NCBI GenBank assembly: GCA_951406725.2
Contig: OX597823.1
Coordinates: forward strand, 104,966,001-105,030,000
Length of the DNA: 64,000 nt
Reading direction: 5' to 3'
Source of the DNA: Octopus vulgaris
Taxonomy: Eukaryota
Below are positions 1-11,542 of the stretch, one piece after another. The notes below the pieces were generated by a model that saw only the letters and a program-made list of their open reading frames with translations, did not search any database and had not been told where the DNA came from. Position 1 is the stretch's first letter. Every line of letters starts with the position of its first letter. Position numbers and translations under genes: made by a program.

Positions 1-260
1 ATAGAAGAGAGTACCTTTTACTGCCAGGAAAATGGCTGTGCTTCAAAAGAAGTCAGTGGAAATTTCATATGGTATTGCCAAAGTAAAGTATGGATGTATA
101 AGAGATGCAGTAAAGTTACAGACAGGCTAGACTTTGTATGCAGCAGATGTACAGAGGCAATAAGCACTAAGAACACAAGAAATAGATCCTTTCTAATACC
201 TGGAAGTTTTCCTAGAAGTAGCTGATAGCTTCTGATATCTAGGTGACCCAATTTGCCAAG
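1..260 (+). mobile_element. Degenerate RTE-clade LINE fragment (PHD-like finger and RT thumb region), cut by the window edge
   Basis: With frameshifts it reads GKWLC...KVWMYKRCSKVTDRLDFVCSRCTEAISTKNT...LEVADSF*YLGD, which matches the better-preserved RTE at ~6200-6445. Confidence 0.7.
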
Positions 261-282
261 TGATGAGTAATCCAAAAAAAGA

Positions 283-820
283 GCCTCCATGTATGCCATG
301 GAAGCCCCCTGCATGTTGTCCAACATGCCCATTTAAGTTGCCAGGCACAAAGAGCAGGTCCCTGTCATTCATTAACGAGGTAGTCTGCAAGAGAGTGTCA
401 TAATATCGGTCTTTCTGTTCATCAGGTAGCCCTGGCTGAGGGGCATAGGCTGAGATAATGGTTGCTAACCCATGTTGCAACACTAATCTAATCTTTAGTA
501 TTCTATCACAGACTCTGTCTACTTCGATTACCTTATTGACTCCTTTCTCTACAAGAAGTATACCCATGCCTCTGAGTCAGTCAGTGTTCCCTGCCCAGAA
601 AATCTTACACTTATGTTCTTTGCCTGTGAGGAACCTAGCAGAACTTGCTCTCCACCTTGCTTCTTGGATGCAGCACAATTCTACACATCTCTGTTCAAGC
701 ATCTCAACAATCTCACCAAACGTACCTTTCAGTGTTCCAGCATTAAGTGTGCCAACCCTGAGGGTGTGGGAGGTGTGGGCCTGTGGGACTCTGGCACGGG
801 GGACAGCAGTGTCATGTACC
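283..820 (-). mobile_element. RTE-clade LINE 5' fragment, APE/EEP endonuclease domain (pseudogenised)
   Basis: ORFs 577..987 and 193..567 give LRVGTLNAGTL...CCIQEARW and TIISAYAPQ...GNLNGHVG, the standard APE motifs of RTE ORFs. Confidence 0.85.
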
Positions 821-848
821 ATACACACACACACACGCACACACATAC

Positions 849-883
<35 letters not shown>

Positions 884-971
884 CATACATACATGCATAC
901 ATACATACATACATACATACATACATACATACATACATACATACATACATACATACATACATACATACATA
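821..971. repeat. Compound microsatellite (CA)n/(TA)n/(TACA)n
   Basis: Read directly from the sequence. Confidence 0.95.
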
Positions 972-2242
972 CAAGATTGGACAACATAATGGAAATACCT
1001 TAAAATTTCAAACAAATTTATTTTAATATGGGGTAGGACTGCCTTTGGTGGGAATTACAGCTTGGATTCTATGAGGTATGGACTCGTACAAAGTTTGAAT
1101 TGTTCCCAAAGGAATTTTTGTCCATTCATCAGCTAAAACAGTCTCCTATTCTTGCATTGATGATGCTGGAGAATATCGACTCCTTACTTGTTTTCCTAAA
1201 ATGCACCATAAATGTTCAATAATATTGAGATCTGGGGACTGTGGTGGCCAGATAAGATGTTCAACTTCACTAGAATGTCCCTCATGCCATTCAGTAGCAA
1301 CTCTAGCAGAGTGAATTGATGCATTATCATCCTGAAAGACTGCGTTTCTCTCCGGAAACAGTTCCGCAACCGTAGAATGAATTTGATCTGATAAAATGCA
1401 TAATTAGTCTTGACTATCAATTCTGCCATGAAGGGAAACCATTAAGCCAGCGGATTTCCAAGATATAGCCTCCCAGATCATCACAGATCCTCCTCCATGT
1501 TTAACAGTTGGAAGAAAGCAGTCAGGGTCAAATGCTTCTATTGGCTGTCTCCACACGTATACTTGGCTGGTGGTTGGAAATAAAGTAAAGGATGACTTGT
1601 CTGAGAAAATAGCATTCTTCCACTGCTCTAGAGACCAATTCTGTAGGTTTTCTACTCCACTCTAAATGCTTTGCAACGTTTGTTTTTGAAAGTAGTGGTT
1701 TTCTGATTGCAGCCCTCCTGTGAAATCCTGTTTTGTGCTGCTCCCGGCGAACATTTTTTTGTGGAAACTGGGTTCTCAAGGTCATTTAGCTCTACAGTAA
1801 TTTTGGGAGCTGTACTTTAGTGATCCTTTCTAACAATTTGTGTAAGAGTCCAATGGTCCCTATCTGAAAGTTTTGGTTTTCTTCTGGAGCTTTGTTTTGA
1901 TGAGGAGATTTTTCCCTCTTTCTTAAAGGCTGTCATTACTTTCGAGACAGTACTTCTTGATACACCAAACATTTTAGCTGTTTTCGTTACGCTAGTGCCT
2001 GCCATGCAGGCACCAACAATTTGACCTCTTTAAAAGTCCGATAGATCTGTCATTTTAATGAATTTTAATTACCTTTTTCTGATGATATCTGAAAAGAAAC
2101 TGCAATTTTAGCAAAACATATTAAGCAACACTAATAATAAATCAAAAATCATAAAAATAAACAAGTTTTTGATGGTTTTATAGATATTTCAAAATTATGA
2201 TGCTATGATGCTAGGTGTTTCCATTATTTTGTCCAGCCCCTG
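972..2242 (-). mobile_element. Tc1-family DNA transposon, TIR to TIR, with a disrupted transposase
   Basis: Imperfect ~30-bp TIRs: CAAGATTGGACAACATAATGGAAATACCT and AGGTGTTTCCATTATTTTGTCCAGCCCCTG, each flanked by TA. Transposase pieces on the minus strand include the HTH SVTKTAKMFGVSRSTVSKV, RRAAIRKPLLSKTN, and a C-terminal PQSPDLNIIEHLW-like motif near 1210-1245. Confidence 0.9.
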
Positions 2243-2590
2243 TATATAGATGGGGATCTGCATGCATGAATACATGCAAATTTTAGCATTCTACAGCTTT
2301 GTTTTACACCACTCAAGCAAAACGGTGACATGGTGCTTACAGCCCATGTTGACATTGTGACTTGATGCTCTGTGCTTTTGAGGACCTATGCGATAATTAA
2401 AAAAGATCTTTTAATTGAAAAACAAGTTAGTTTTCTTGATGACAGGAAAAGCATCCAGAAGCAAAATCCTACATCAAATAAGTTCCTACCCAACCCATAC
2501 TGGCAAGACAAAACAGAACAAAAAAAACAACAAAAGAGGTAGTATTTATCCTCACTTGAAAGTACATATTCTGTTGGAACAAATTATGTT

Positions 2591-3050
2591 TCTTTATTAG
2601 CCACACAGGGCTGAACACAGATGGGACAAATTACAAAGTAGAGCTTTTCTTTTTGGGGAGACAAAAAAATGTAGAGTAGGTTTTCGATCAAAAGAGATCG
2701 TAAAAAGGAAAGAAAAAATACGATCAATAGGGATCATGTATCACAGAAATGTCATGGTGTAAAGTGTAAAGGGGGAAGCAAATAAGGTTTATCCATGGAA
2801 AGAAAAGCCTACGGAAAAGACCACAGTAACCTCGGTCAATAATGTCACATGTTAACACATTTATTTGCAAGTAAGTAACTCTTTGTTTTAAATTTTTCCG
2901 GGTTCATAGGATTATGCTCAAGGTGGCTTCATCATTCCTACGTGCCATCCTTGCTACATTCACCCATCTTTTTTTGAAACATTCGCTAGACAAAACTTGC
3001 CTCTCTACTCTCACTTTCCTTTTCAAGTGATACTTGAAGAAGTTGGCAGT
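2591..3050 (-). mobile_element. L1/Tx1-like LINE 3' end
   Basis: The C-terminus FFKYHLKRKVRVERQVLSSECFKKRWVNVARMAR is followed by a T-rich 3' UTR ending ...GCCCTGTGTGGCTAATAAAGA. A related relic lies at 34050-35135. Confidence 0.6.
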
Positions 3051-3869
3051 AGTTACCATGAGAGAAACTCTCATATTGGCTTCTGGTACAAAATGCACTC
3101 TTGTTCTTATCACTACCACCTTCAGCACTGAGACTAAAAGATCAAACGATTTTGAGCTTCCTTGATCTCACCTATTCTGGCTCAGTTTTTCTATGTATTG
3201 CTGGTGGGGAGATGAGTCACAACTATCTCTAGCATTTGAGCATTCATCATTGATGAAACTAAGGAAGGTCGAAATCACGAGATCTGGTGGTCTCAGCACT
3301 GGAGATGGCTGGGTTTCATATCTGAACAAGTGATATAAACAAGTGTGCATTTTGCATCAGAAGCCAATAAGAGGGTTTCTCTCATAGTAACTACCACAGT
3401 ATAGCTTGTTCTAACAGAACATCCACATTTAAGTGGGGATAAATATTACCTCACAACATTAATACTGTCTCTGTTGCTAATATATATTTTAAACAGACCC
3501 TAAATGAATGAACAAATAAACAAACAAACAAACATTCTAAAGACTAAAATTGTCATAAATAATGAACCTAATCGTAACCAGACAAACAAAAATGACCAGC
3601 GTCCTCTTCTATTCATTGTCCTAAGTGGAAATATTTTTTCCAGATAGTTGACAGAAATCTCTTTCAGATATATCATGTAGTTGCTGACCATTAAATAATG
3701 CCATAAATTTATCCACATCTACTTTTGACCCATCATGTCAAGACCATTATATTAGAATTTTGTTCATATGGCAATTCTTTCTGTAGTAACAATAGAGAAA
3801 TCATTGATGAGGGTGTACATACTTTTACATACCAGCAATGTATGGCATACGTGGACACAATGATTTATG

Positions 3870-3883
3870 TCTTTTTCTTTCTT

Positions 3884-3922
<39 letters not shown>

Positions 3923-4015
3923 CTCTTTCTTTCTTTCTTTCTTTCTTTCTCTCTCTCTCGTTCTTTCTTTCTTTTGTTCTTTCTTTCTTTCATTCTTTAT
4001 TTCGTTCTTTCTTTC
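3870..4015. repeat. (TTTC)n/(TC)n microsatellite
   Basis: Read directly from the sequence. Confidence 0.95.
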
Positions 4016-4712
4016 TGCATTGAGCAAAATCATATATACTTGTACATTGAAGAAGTAGAGGTTAATAGATCAGACACCCATTTTCAGAACTCATTGATAT
4101 CAAGAGAGAAATGTGCTTGGCTAGAATCTGTTTCAGCTATAAACAGCATATTTCCACTTCTGTTATTAAATAAACCTGGTTACTACTATTAAAGCGGTGA
4201 CAGCCAGAATGATGCAATTAGAAATAAGTTGGAATAAAAGACAGGTCTGCAAAACATTGCTCTTTATCAAAGTTTCACTGGAGAGGAAGATGCTTTACCA
4301 ATGTAAAGAAATAAATTGAGTTGATCTTACAAATGAGTCACTATGTGGCCACCTCACCTAGCACCTCACCTAGCAGCCTACATTAAAAAAAAGATACATG
4401 AAAACATTAGATAATACACTCATAGATAACCTTAAAAAGATGGGAGGGTCATGGCTGGACACTTTGGGTCTACTTGATTAGGGTTGGTTCATGGTTGGAA
4501 ACCATAGACATTTGGATGCAAACGAAGAACTGTTTTGCATTTGGGGCAGCACCCAAACATCCTTCTTTCAGAGGCTGTTGAAAATGTTATAAAAAATTTT
4601 CAGATACAACAATACTATCCATAAAAATTGCACAAAAACTTACAGCTCACAGACATACATCCTTCCTCTTTGAAACCCATGAGCAGAGTCCTTAATAATT
4701 AAAAAAATGATG

Positions 4713-4809
<97 letters not shown>

Positions 4810-4833
4810 TAAAATAATAATAATAATAATAAT

Positions 4834-4877
<44 letters not shown>

Positions 4878-4924
4878 TAATAATTATAATAATAATAATA
4901 TTAATAATAATAATAGTAGTAGTA

Positions 4925-4966
<42 letters not shown>

Positions 4967-5092
4967 GTAATAATAATAATAATAATAGTAATAATAATAA
5001 TAATAATAATAATAGTAATAATAATAATAATAATAATAATAGTAATAATAATAATAATAATAATAGTAATGATAATAATAATAATAATAGTA

Positions 5093-5129
<37 letters not shown>

Positions 5130-5140
5130 TAGTAATAGTA

Positions 5141-5194
<54 letters not shown>

Positions 5195-5198
5195 GTAA
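4713..5198. repeat. Long (AAT)n microsatellite with interspersed AGT variants
   Basis: Read directly from the sequence; about 490 bp. Confidence 0.95.
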
Positions 5199-7580
5199 TC
5201 ATCATCATCATCATCATCATCATCATTTAGCGTCCGCTTTCCATGCTAGCATGGGTTGGACGGTTCAACTGGGGTCTGTGAAGCCAGAAGGCTGCATCAG
5301 GCCCAGTCTGATCTGGCAGTATTTCTACGGCTGGATGCCCTTCCTAATGCCAACCACTCCGTGAGTGTAGTGGGTGCTTTTTACGTGCCACCCACACAGG
5401 TGCCAGATGGAGCTGGCGAACGGCCACGGACGGATGGTGCTTTTTATGTGCCACCGGCACGGGGACCAGGCGAGGCTGGCAATGGCCACGATCGGATGGT
5501 TCGCTTACTTGTCACCGGCACTGGTATCACAGCTGCAATTTCCATTGATGTTGATCGACTTCGATTTTGGTTCTGCTTTCTGATATCTGATTTGATTTGG
5601 TTTGATTTTGATTTTCACTTGCCTCAACGGGTCTACAGAAGTGGAGTTTTGTGTCCCAAGAAGGAAGGCATGTATAAGTCGACGGGTTATGGTCTCACTA
5701 GTCTTGCTGGGTCTTCTCACGCACAGCATACTTCCATAGGTTTCGGTCTCTAGTCATTTGCTTAGTGAGACCTAAAGTTCGAAGGTCGTGCTTCACCACC
5801 TCGTCCCAGGTTTTCCTGGGTCTACCTCTTCCACAGGTTCCCTCAACTGCTAGAGTGTGGCACTTTTGCACACAACAATCTTCACCCATTCTCGTCACAT
5901 GACCATACCAGCGCAAACGTCTCTCTTGCACACCACAACTGATGCTTCTTAGGTCCCACTTTTCTCTCAAGGTACTTACACTCTGTCGATTATGAACACT
6001 GACATTACATATCCATCGGAGCATACAACCCATGTTTCACTACCATGTAGCATGGCTGTACGTACACATGCATCATACAGTCTGCCTTTTATTCTGAGCG
6101 AGAGGCCTTTTGTCACCAGCAGGGGTAAGAGCTCTCTAAACTTTGCCCAGGCTATTCTTACTCTAGCAGTTACACTTTCAGCACACCCACCCCCGCTACT
6201 GACTTGGTCACCTAGGTAGCGGAAGCTATCAACTACTTCTAGTTTTTCTCCCTGGAACGTGGTAGAAGTTGTTCTCTGCACATTTTCTGTGTTTATTGCT
6301 CCTGAGCATCTGCCACAGACAAAAACTCTTTTCCTAGTTAGCCTTCCTTTGACATTGCTGCACCTCTTATGTGTCCATAGCTTACACTTGGTGCACCTTA
6401 TAGAGTTTCTACCTACACCTCTACTACAGATCGAGCAGGGCCATCTACCTGAAGGCGTTTGTGATTGGTCTACCTTCCTACTTATTAGGACTTTGGTTTT
6501 GGCTAGGTTGATTCTAAGGCCCTTTGATTCTAATCCTTGTTTCCACACCTGAAACTTCTCCTCCAGTTCTGATAGTGACTCAGCAATTAGAGCAAGGTCA
6601 TCAGCGTAGAGGAGCTCCCAGGGGCATCTTGTCTTGAATTCCTCCGTTATTGCCTGGAGGACTATGATAAATAGGAGGGGACTGAGGACTGAACCTTGGT
6701 GGACCCCTACCTCTACCCAGAATTCTTCACTGTACTCATTGCCAACCCTCACCTTACTATCAGCGTCTCTGTACATGGCTCGCACAGCTCTAACTAACCA
6801 TTCATCTATCCCTAGTTTCCTCATTGACCACCAGATAAGGGATCGGGGGACCCTGTCGAAGGCTTTCTCCATGTCAACAAAAGCCAGGTACAGGGGATTA
6901 TCTTTGGCTAGGTATTTCTCCTGCAGCTGTCTTACCAGGAATATAGCATCTCATCTAAGCTAACTCTCTCTCTAATTAGTTGGGCTTTAACCCTCTCCGT
7001 AACCTTCATTACCTGATCCAGCAGCTTGATACCCCTGTAGTTATTTGTATCTAGGGCGTCACCTTTACCTTTGTAGCAGTTGACTATTATGCTGCTACAC
7101 CAGTCATTGGGTATGACTCCTTCATGTATCACCTGGTTAACTATGCGGGTGACTAGGCTATAGCCGACACTACCAGATATTTTGAGCATCTCTGCAGTAA
7201 TTCCTGATGGGCCTGGGGCTTTCCCTGTTTTCATGCTTGTAATTGCCTTAACTACTAAGGAACTGTCAACTCGGATTGCTGGTCCCTCTGTTGGGTCGAC
7301 ATTCGGCAGACTCTCTTTATCCCATTCATTTTCCTCATTCAGCAACCTTTCATAGTGGCGTCTCCAAACCTCTCTCTTTGCATCCTCATTTAGCGCAAGT
7401 GAACCATCATCCTTGCGAACACATTTCTCTCCTACCACGTCACCATTCTCTCTCACACACTGTCTTGCAACACGAAATACCTCAAGTCTTTCATCCTCAC
7501 GGCGCAGAACATTGGCAAATTTTTTCTTATCTGCTTCCCCTCTGGCTAAATACACCTGCCTCCTAGCTTCCCTTCTGGCA
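5199..7580 (-). mobile_element. 5'-truncated RTE-clade LINE (~2.4 kb): RT domain with PHD finger, C-terminus, 3' UTR and (GAT)n tail
   Basis: ORFs 6932..7678, 5976..6872 and 5698..6033 carry MKTGKAPGPSG, NYRGIKLL, KAFDRV, GVHQGSVLSPLLF, LLYADDL and RRLRWYGHV...GRPRKTW. Small deletions near 6950 and 6025 break the frame. Both flanks are (AAT)n. Confidence 0.95.
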
Positions 7581-7589
7581 GTAATAATG

Positions 7590-7651
<62 letters not shown>

Positions 7652-7654
<3 letters not shown>

Positions 7655-8222
7655 CTGGATCACAAAGCCAGACAGCACTGCTTGGAACCGCTCGAATACT
7701 TCGGAAGGTGCTTGAAAAATAAGGGGTGTTACCTTAGTTCACTGGTAGTGAACAGCTGACACTGTAGTACATCTCCAGCGTTAGAAGCTGTGCGAAGGCA
7801 ATTATGATAATAATATGGATCATAAAGCCAGACGTAGTCTTAATTGTGAAAGAAAGCAAACTATGCTGGCTCTTAGATATAGCATGCCCAGCTGACAACA
7901 AGGTATGTGATAAGGATGAAAGAAAAGTCAAGAGATATAACAGGTTAGCTTGGGAAGTTGAACAGTTGTGGTCAATGAAAAAGATAGCAGTAGTACCAAT
8001 AGTTGTCGGAGTCCTGGGAACAGTGAGCAAAAATTTCGAGAGATATGTGGAACAAATAGGGGCTGCAATAAGGGTGGAGCACTTACAGAAAACAGCACTG
8101 CTTGGAACTGCCTGAATACTCTGGAAGGTGCTCGAAAAATAAGAGGTGTTACCTTTGTTCACTGGTAGTGAACAGCTGACACCACAGTACATCTCCAGCG
8201 TCAGAAGCTGTGAAAAGGCAAT
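7652..8222 (+). mobile_element. Two tandem 3' fragments of an R4/Dong-like (restriction-like endonuclease) non-LTR retrotransposon
   Basis: ORF 7804..8115 reads KPDVVLIVKESKLCWLLDIACP...KVKRY...VVPIVVGVLG...LQKTALLGTA (RLE C-terminus). The 3' UTR is duplicated at ~7675-7800 and ~8095-8222. Bounded by (TAA)n. Confidence 0.85.
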
Positions 8223-8225
8223 GAC

Positions 8226-8284
<59 letters not shown>

Positions 8285-10315
8285 GGCGTTTGATAGCATC
8301 CCTCACACATGGATCCTCGAAACACTAGCCATTAACAAAATAGCACCAACAATTATAAAATACGTAGGACACTCTATGAATAAATGGCAGACAGTGCTAC
8401 AGCTCCAAACAAAAGTGGAACTCGTGAAAACCAAAGCCATCCACATTAGAAGAGGAATATTCCAGGGAGACACGCTCTCTCCACTCCTTTTCTGCTTGGC
8501 ACTGTCACCTCTATCTGATATGCTAAATAGAACTGGATGTGGATATAAATGTTACGGCAAAACGATCAGCCACCTTTTATATATGGATGACCTAAAACTA
8601 TATGCTACAAATGACAAACAGCTGGAAACACTACTAAAGACAGTTCATGGATTTACCAAAGAAATAGATATGATATTTGGATTAGAGAAATGCGCCAAAG
8701 TAACCCTGAAAAGATGAAAACTAGTTAAGAGGAGCAACATTACACTAGATAAAGCCAATGAAATAAGAGAATTAGACCAAAGCCAAACTCACAAATACTT
8801 AGGAATCCATGAACTAGATAAGACACAACACACACAAATGAAAGAGAAAATAAAAAAAGAATATTATAGACAAGTTAGATCAATACTAAAAACAGAGTTC
8901 AATGCTAAAAACACGATAATAGGTATTAACACTTTAGCTGTACCAGTTATAAGTTACAGCTACAATATCCTTAACTGGGCACTAAATGAACTGACCAAAA
9001 TAGATAGGAAAACAAGAAAAATAATGACAGGATCTAGGATGCATCATCCAAAATCTGACATAGAAAGGCTATATATACAACGTATAGAAGGTGGTAGAGG
9101 CCTTATAAAGCTGGAAAACTACTATAAAATAACCATTATAGGACTGCAAAAATATCTACTTCAGAAGGAAGGAAAACTGATACAAATAGCGGCAAAACAC
9201 GAGCAAAACAAAAAAACTGTTTTCAGTATTTAAGGAAGCTGACAAATACAAACAAGAAATCATACCACCTAATAAATATAAAGAAGAAGAAGAAGAAGAA
9301 GAAGAAGAAGAAGAAGAAGAAGAAGAAGAAGAAGAAGAAGAAGAAGAAGAAGAAGAAAAAGAAGAAGAAAATGAAGAAACAACAAAAGCTATAAAACAAA
9401 TGAAATCCAAACTAAAAATAGAACAGCAACAGACCATGATAAAACAATGGTAAGAAAAGCCCCTTCATGGCAAATACTGGACTAAATTAAATGCAAAAGA
9501 AAGAGACAAAGAAAAATCCCAGCAATGGTTGAGAAGATCAGGACTCAAAGCAGAGACAGAGGGATTTTTAATTGCAGCATAAGACCGAAGTCTCCCCACC
9601 AGAAATTATCAAAAGCATGTAATGAAAAGAAATATAACAAGTAACTGCAGAATATGTGGAGATGGACAAGAAACAATAAATCATATTATCTCTGGCTGCC
9701 CAGTCCTGGCTAAGAAGGAATATATTCACAGACATGACAGAGTTGGGACCTACATACACTGGAAGCTATGCCAACATTATGGAATAACAACAGAAAAAAG
9801 ATGGTATAGGCACACACCAGAAAAGGTCACAGAAAATGAGAAAGCAACCATACTCTGGGATATGCCAATACACACAGATAGAGAAATTAAGGCCAACAGA
9901 CCAGTTATAGTTGTCAGAGATCATGAAGAAAAAATGCTTTCTAATTAATGTATCAATACCAGCAGATGACAACGTGCCTCTAAAAGAAATGGAGAAACTT
10001 TCAAAATACAAAGACCTGGAATTAGAGGTAACCAGAATGTGGAATCTAAAAACAGAAACAATTCCTATCATAATAGGTGCATTAGGCATGATAAAAAAAT
10101 ATTCAGACATAACAAAAACACCAGGACTTACAAACACATATAACATACAGAAAATTGCACTACTGGGCACTGCACACATCCTACACAGAACACTTTCCAT
10201 ACAGTAACCATCAGAGCATCACAACAAATCACAGCACATACCCAAGGCACACAGAGCTGCACTCGGTAGTGAAGTGAAAGCATGCTATAAAAATAAAACT
10301 ACTGAATAATAATAA
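8285..10315 (+). mobile_element. 5'-truncated R4/Dong-like non-LTR retrotransposon (RT, CCHC finger, RLE), pseudogenised
   Basis: GIFQGDTLSPLLF, HLLYMDDLKL, RLYIQRIEGGRGL, CRICGDGQETINHIISGC...RHDRV, RPVIVV...IPIIIGALG...QKIALLGTA. Preceded by (TAA)n and ends in AATAATAA. Confidence 0.9.
9281..9372 (+). repeat. (GAA)n expansion inside the R4-like ORF
   Basis: About 26 uninterrupted GAA units followed by degenerate units. Confidence 0.95.
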
Positions 10316-10419
10316 AATCATTGAAGTCAGTTATTCAGCAAGCACCCATGTTTTTAATCCTTTTGATATCAACCTGCCTGAAATCACTCTTGGTTCTGAG
10401 ATACAGGGTAAAGTCCATC

Positions 10420-10735
10420 TTCAGTTGTGAATGACCATGGGATTGCACCTAGAAAGATCCCTTCCAAGGCACAAGTCCACACAAGGTTGTTTATGGAAGC
10501 CTAACAGTCACCCATGCATACCAGCCTCTTCTTCTCTCCATGCCACTGATGTTATCCAAAGGAAAGGCAAGGGCTGATACAATCTGGCATCAGTGATGTC
10601 GCAACTCATTTTTACAGCTGAGTGAACTGGAGCAACACAAAATAAAGTGTCTTGAACAAGAATGTAACACACAGCCCTGTCTGGGAATTGAACTCCCTAC
10701 CTCATGATTGTGAGCCCAACACTTCTGTGCCTTCA
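10420..10735 (-). mobile_element. tRNA-derived SINE (family C)
   Basis: Reverse complement of the element at 13852-14140; shares the CCAAG...GTATCAGCCCTTGCCTTTCC...GGATAACATCAGTGG body. Confidence 0.65.
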
Positions 10736-10837
10736 CTTCTGTGATACAAACACCCTGTTTTATAGTGAACTACATTAAAACCTTCAATCAAAATTTCTTG
10801 GTAATTTATGTTCTAAACACCAGCTGAATAATGACAA

Positions 10838-11090
10838 TTTTTTTTTTCATTTTCATCTAGTTTCAGCTCACTAGCTGTGGCCATGCTGGGGCACCGCCAT
10901 TCGGTGTTGCTACATGATTTTACTTCACGAATGCTTTTTAGCAATTGACATTTGGTACATGAGAGAGTTTGATGCAGCTGCCCTCATCTGCACCTCTTGC
11001 CGTGAAGTTGGTTCACCTTGGACACCTGACAGGAAGAGGTCCAGCTTTATTTTAAAGACATCTGCATCCACCCCATGCAGGTCTTCAGGT
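10838..11090 (-). mobile_element. CR1/L2-group LINE 3' fragment
   Basis: PEDLHGVDADVFKIKLDLFLSGVQGEPT...RAAASNSL is a typical C-terminus of this group; followed by a short 3' UTR and A-rich tail. Confidence 0.7.
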
Positions 11091-11364
11091 CCTGCACTAA
11101 AGTCTTTATAATTTCCAGAAAGAAATTGAAGCAAAGACAGTATGTTTCAACAGAAATATGGTAACAGAAGGGTTCTTCGATATATCACCGTGTACATGAA
11201 GAGATAACGTGGTTTATGAAACAGGGCTTGATAATTTGTGCTGGTGATTTGATAGATGTCTGCTTTGATTGGGTAATCGTAGAATTTTGTTGAACCGTAC
11301 CAAACGGATGCTAAAACAGCTTAGATACTGCAAATGCTGCTGCTGCTAATAATTATGTGCTAGT

Positions 11365-11542
11365 GATGAGGATGATAGCAAACTGATGATGATGATATGG
11401 CAGAAGAGGAGGAGGGGAAAAGAAGGATAATAATAATGATGGAGATGATGATGATGATGGACAGGATGATGATAATGATAATGATGATGACAATGACGAC
11501 GATGGCAATGATGATGATGATGATGAGGAGGAGGAGGAGGAT
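11365..11542. repeat. Degenerate (GAT)n/(GAG)n low-complexity tract
   Basis: Read directly from the sequence. Confidence 0.9.

Noticed and set aside
4699-5226. Poly-Ile/Leu ORFs (also 15793..16185) and the [12 protein letters not shown] ORFs throughout
   Set aside because: Microsatellite translations.
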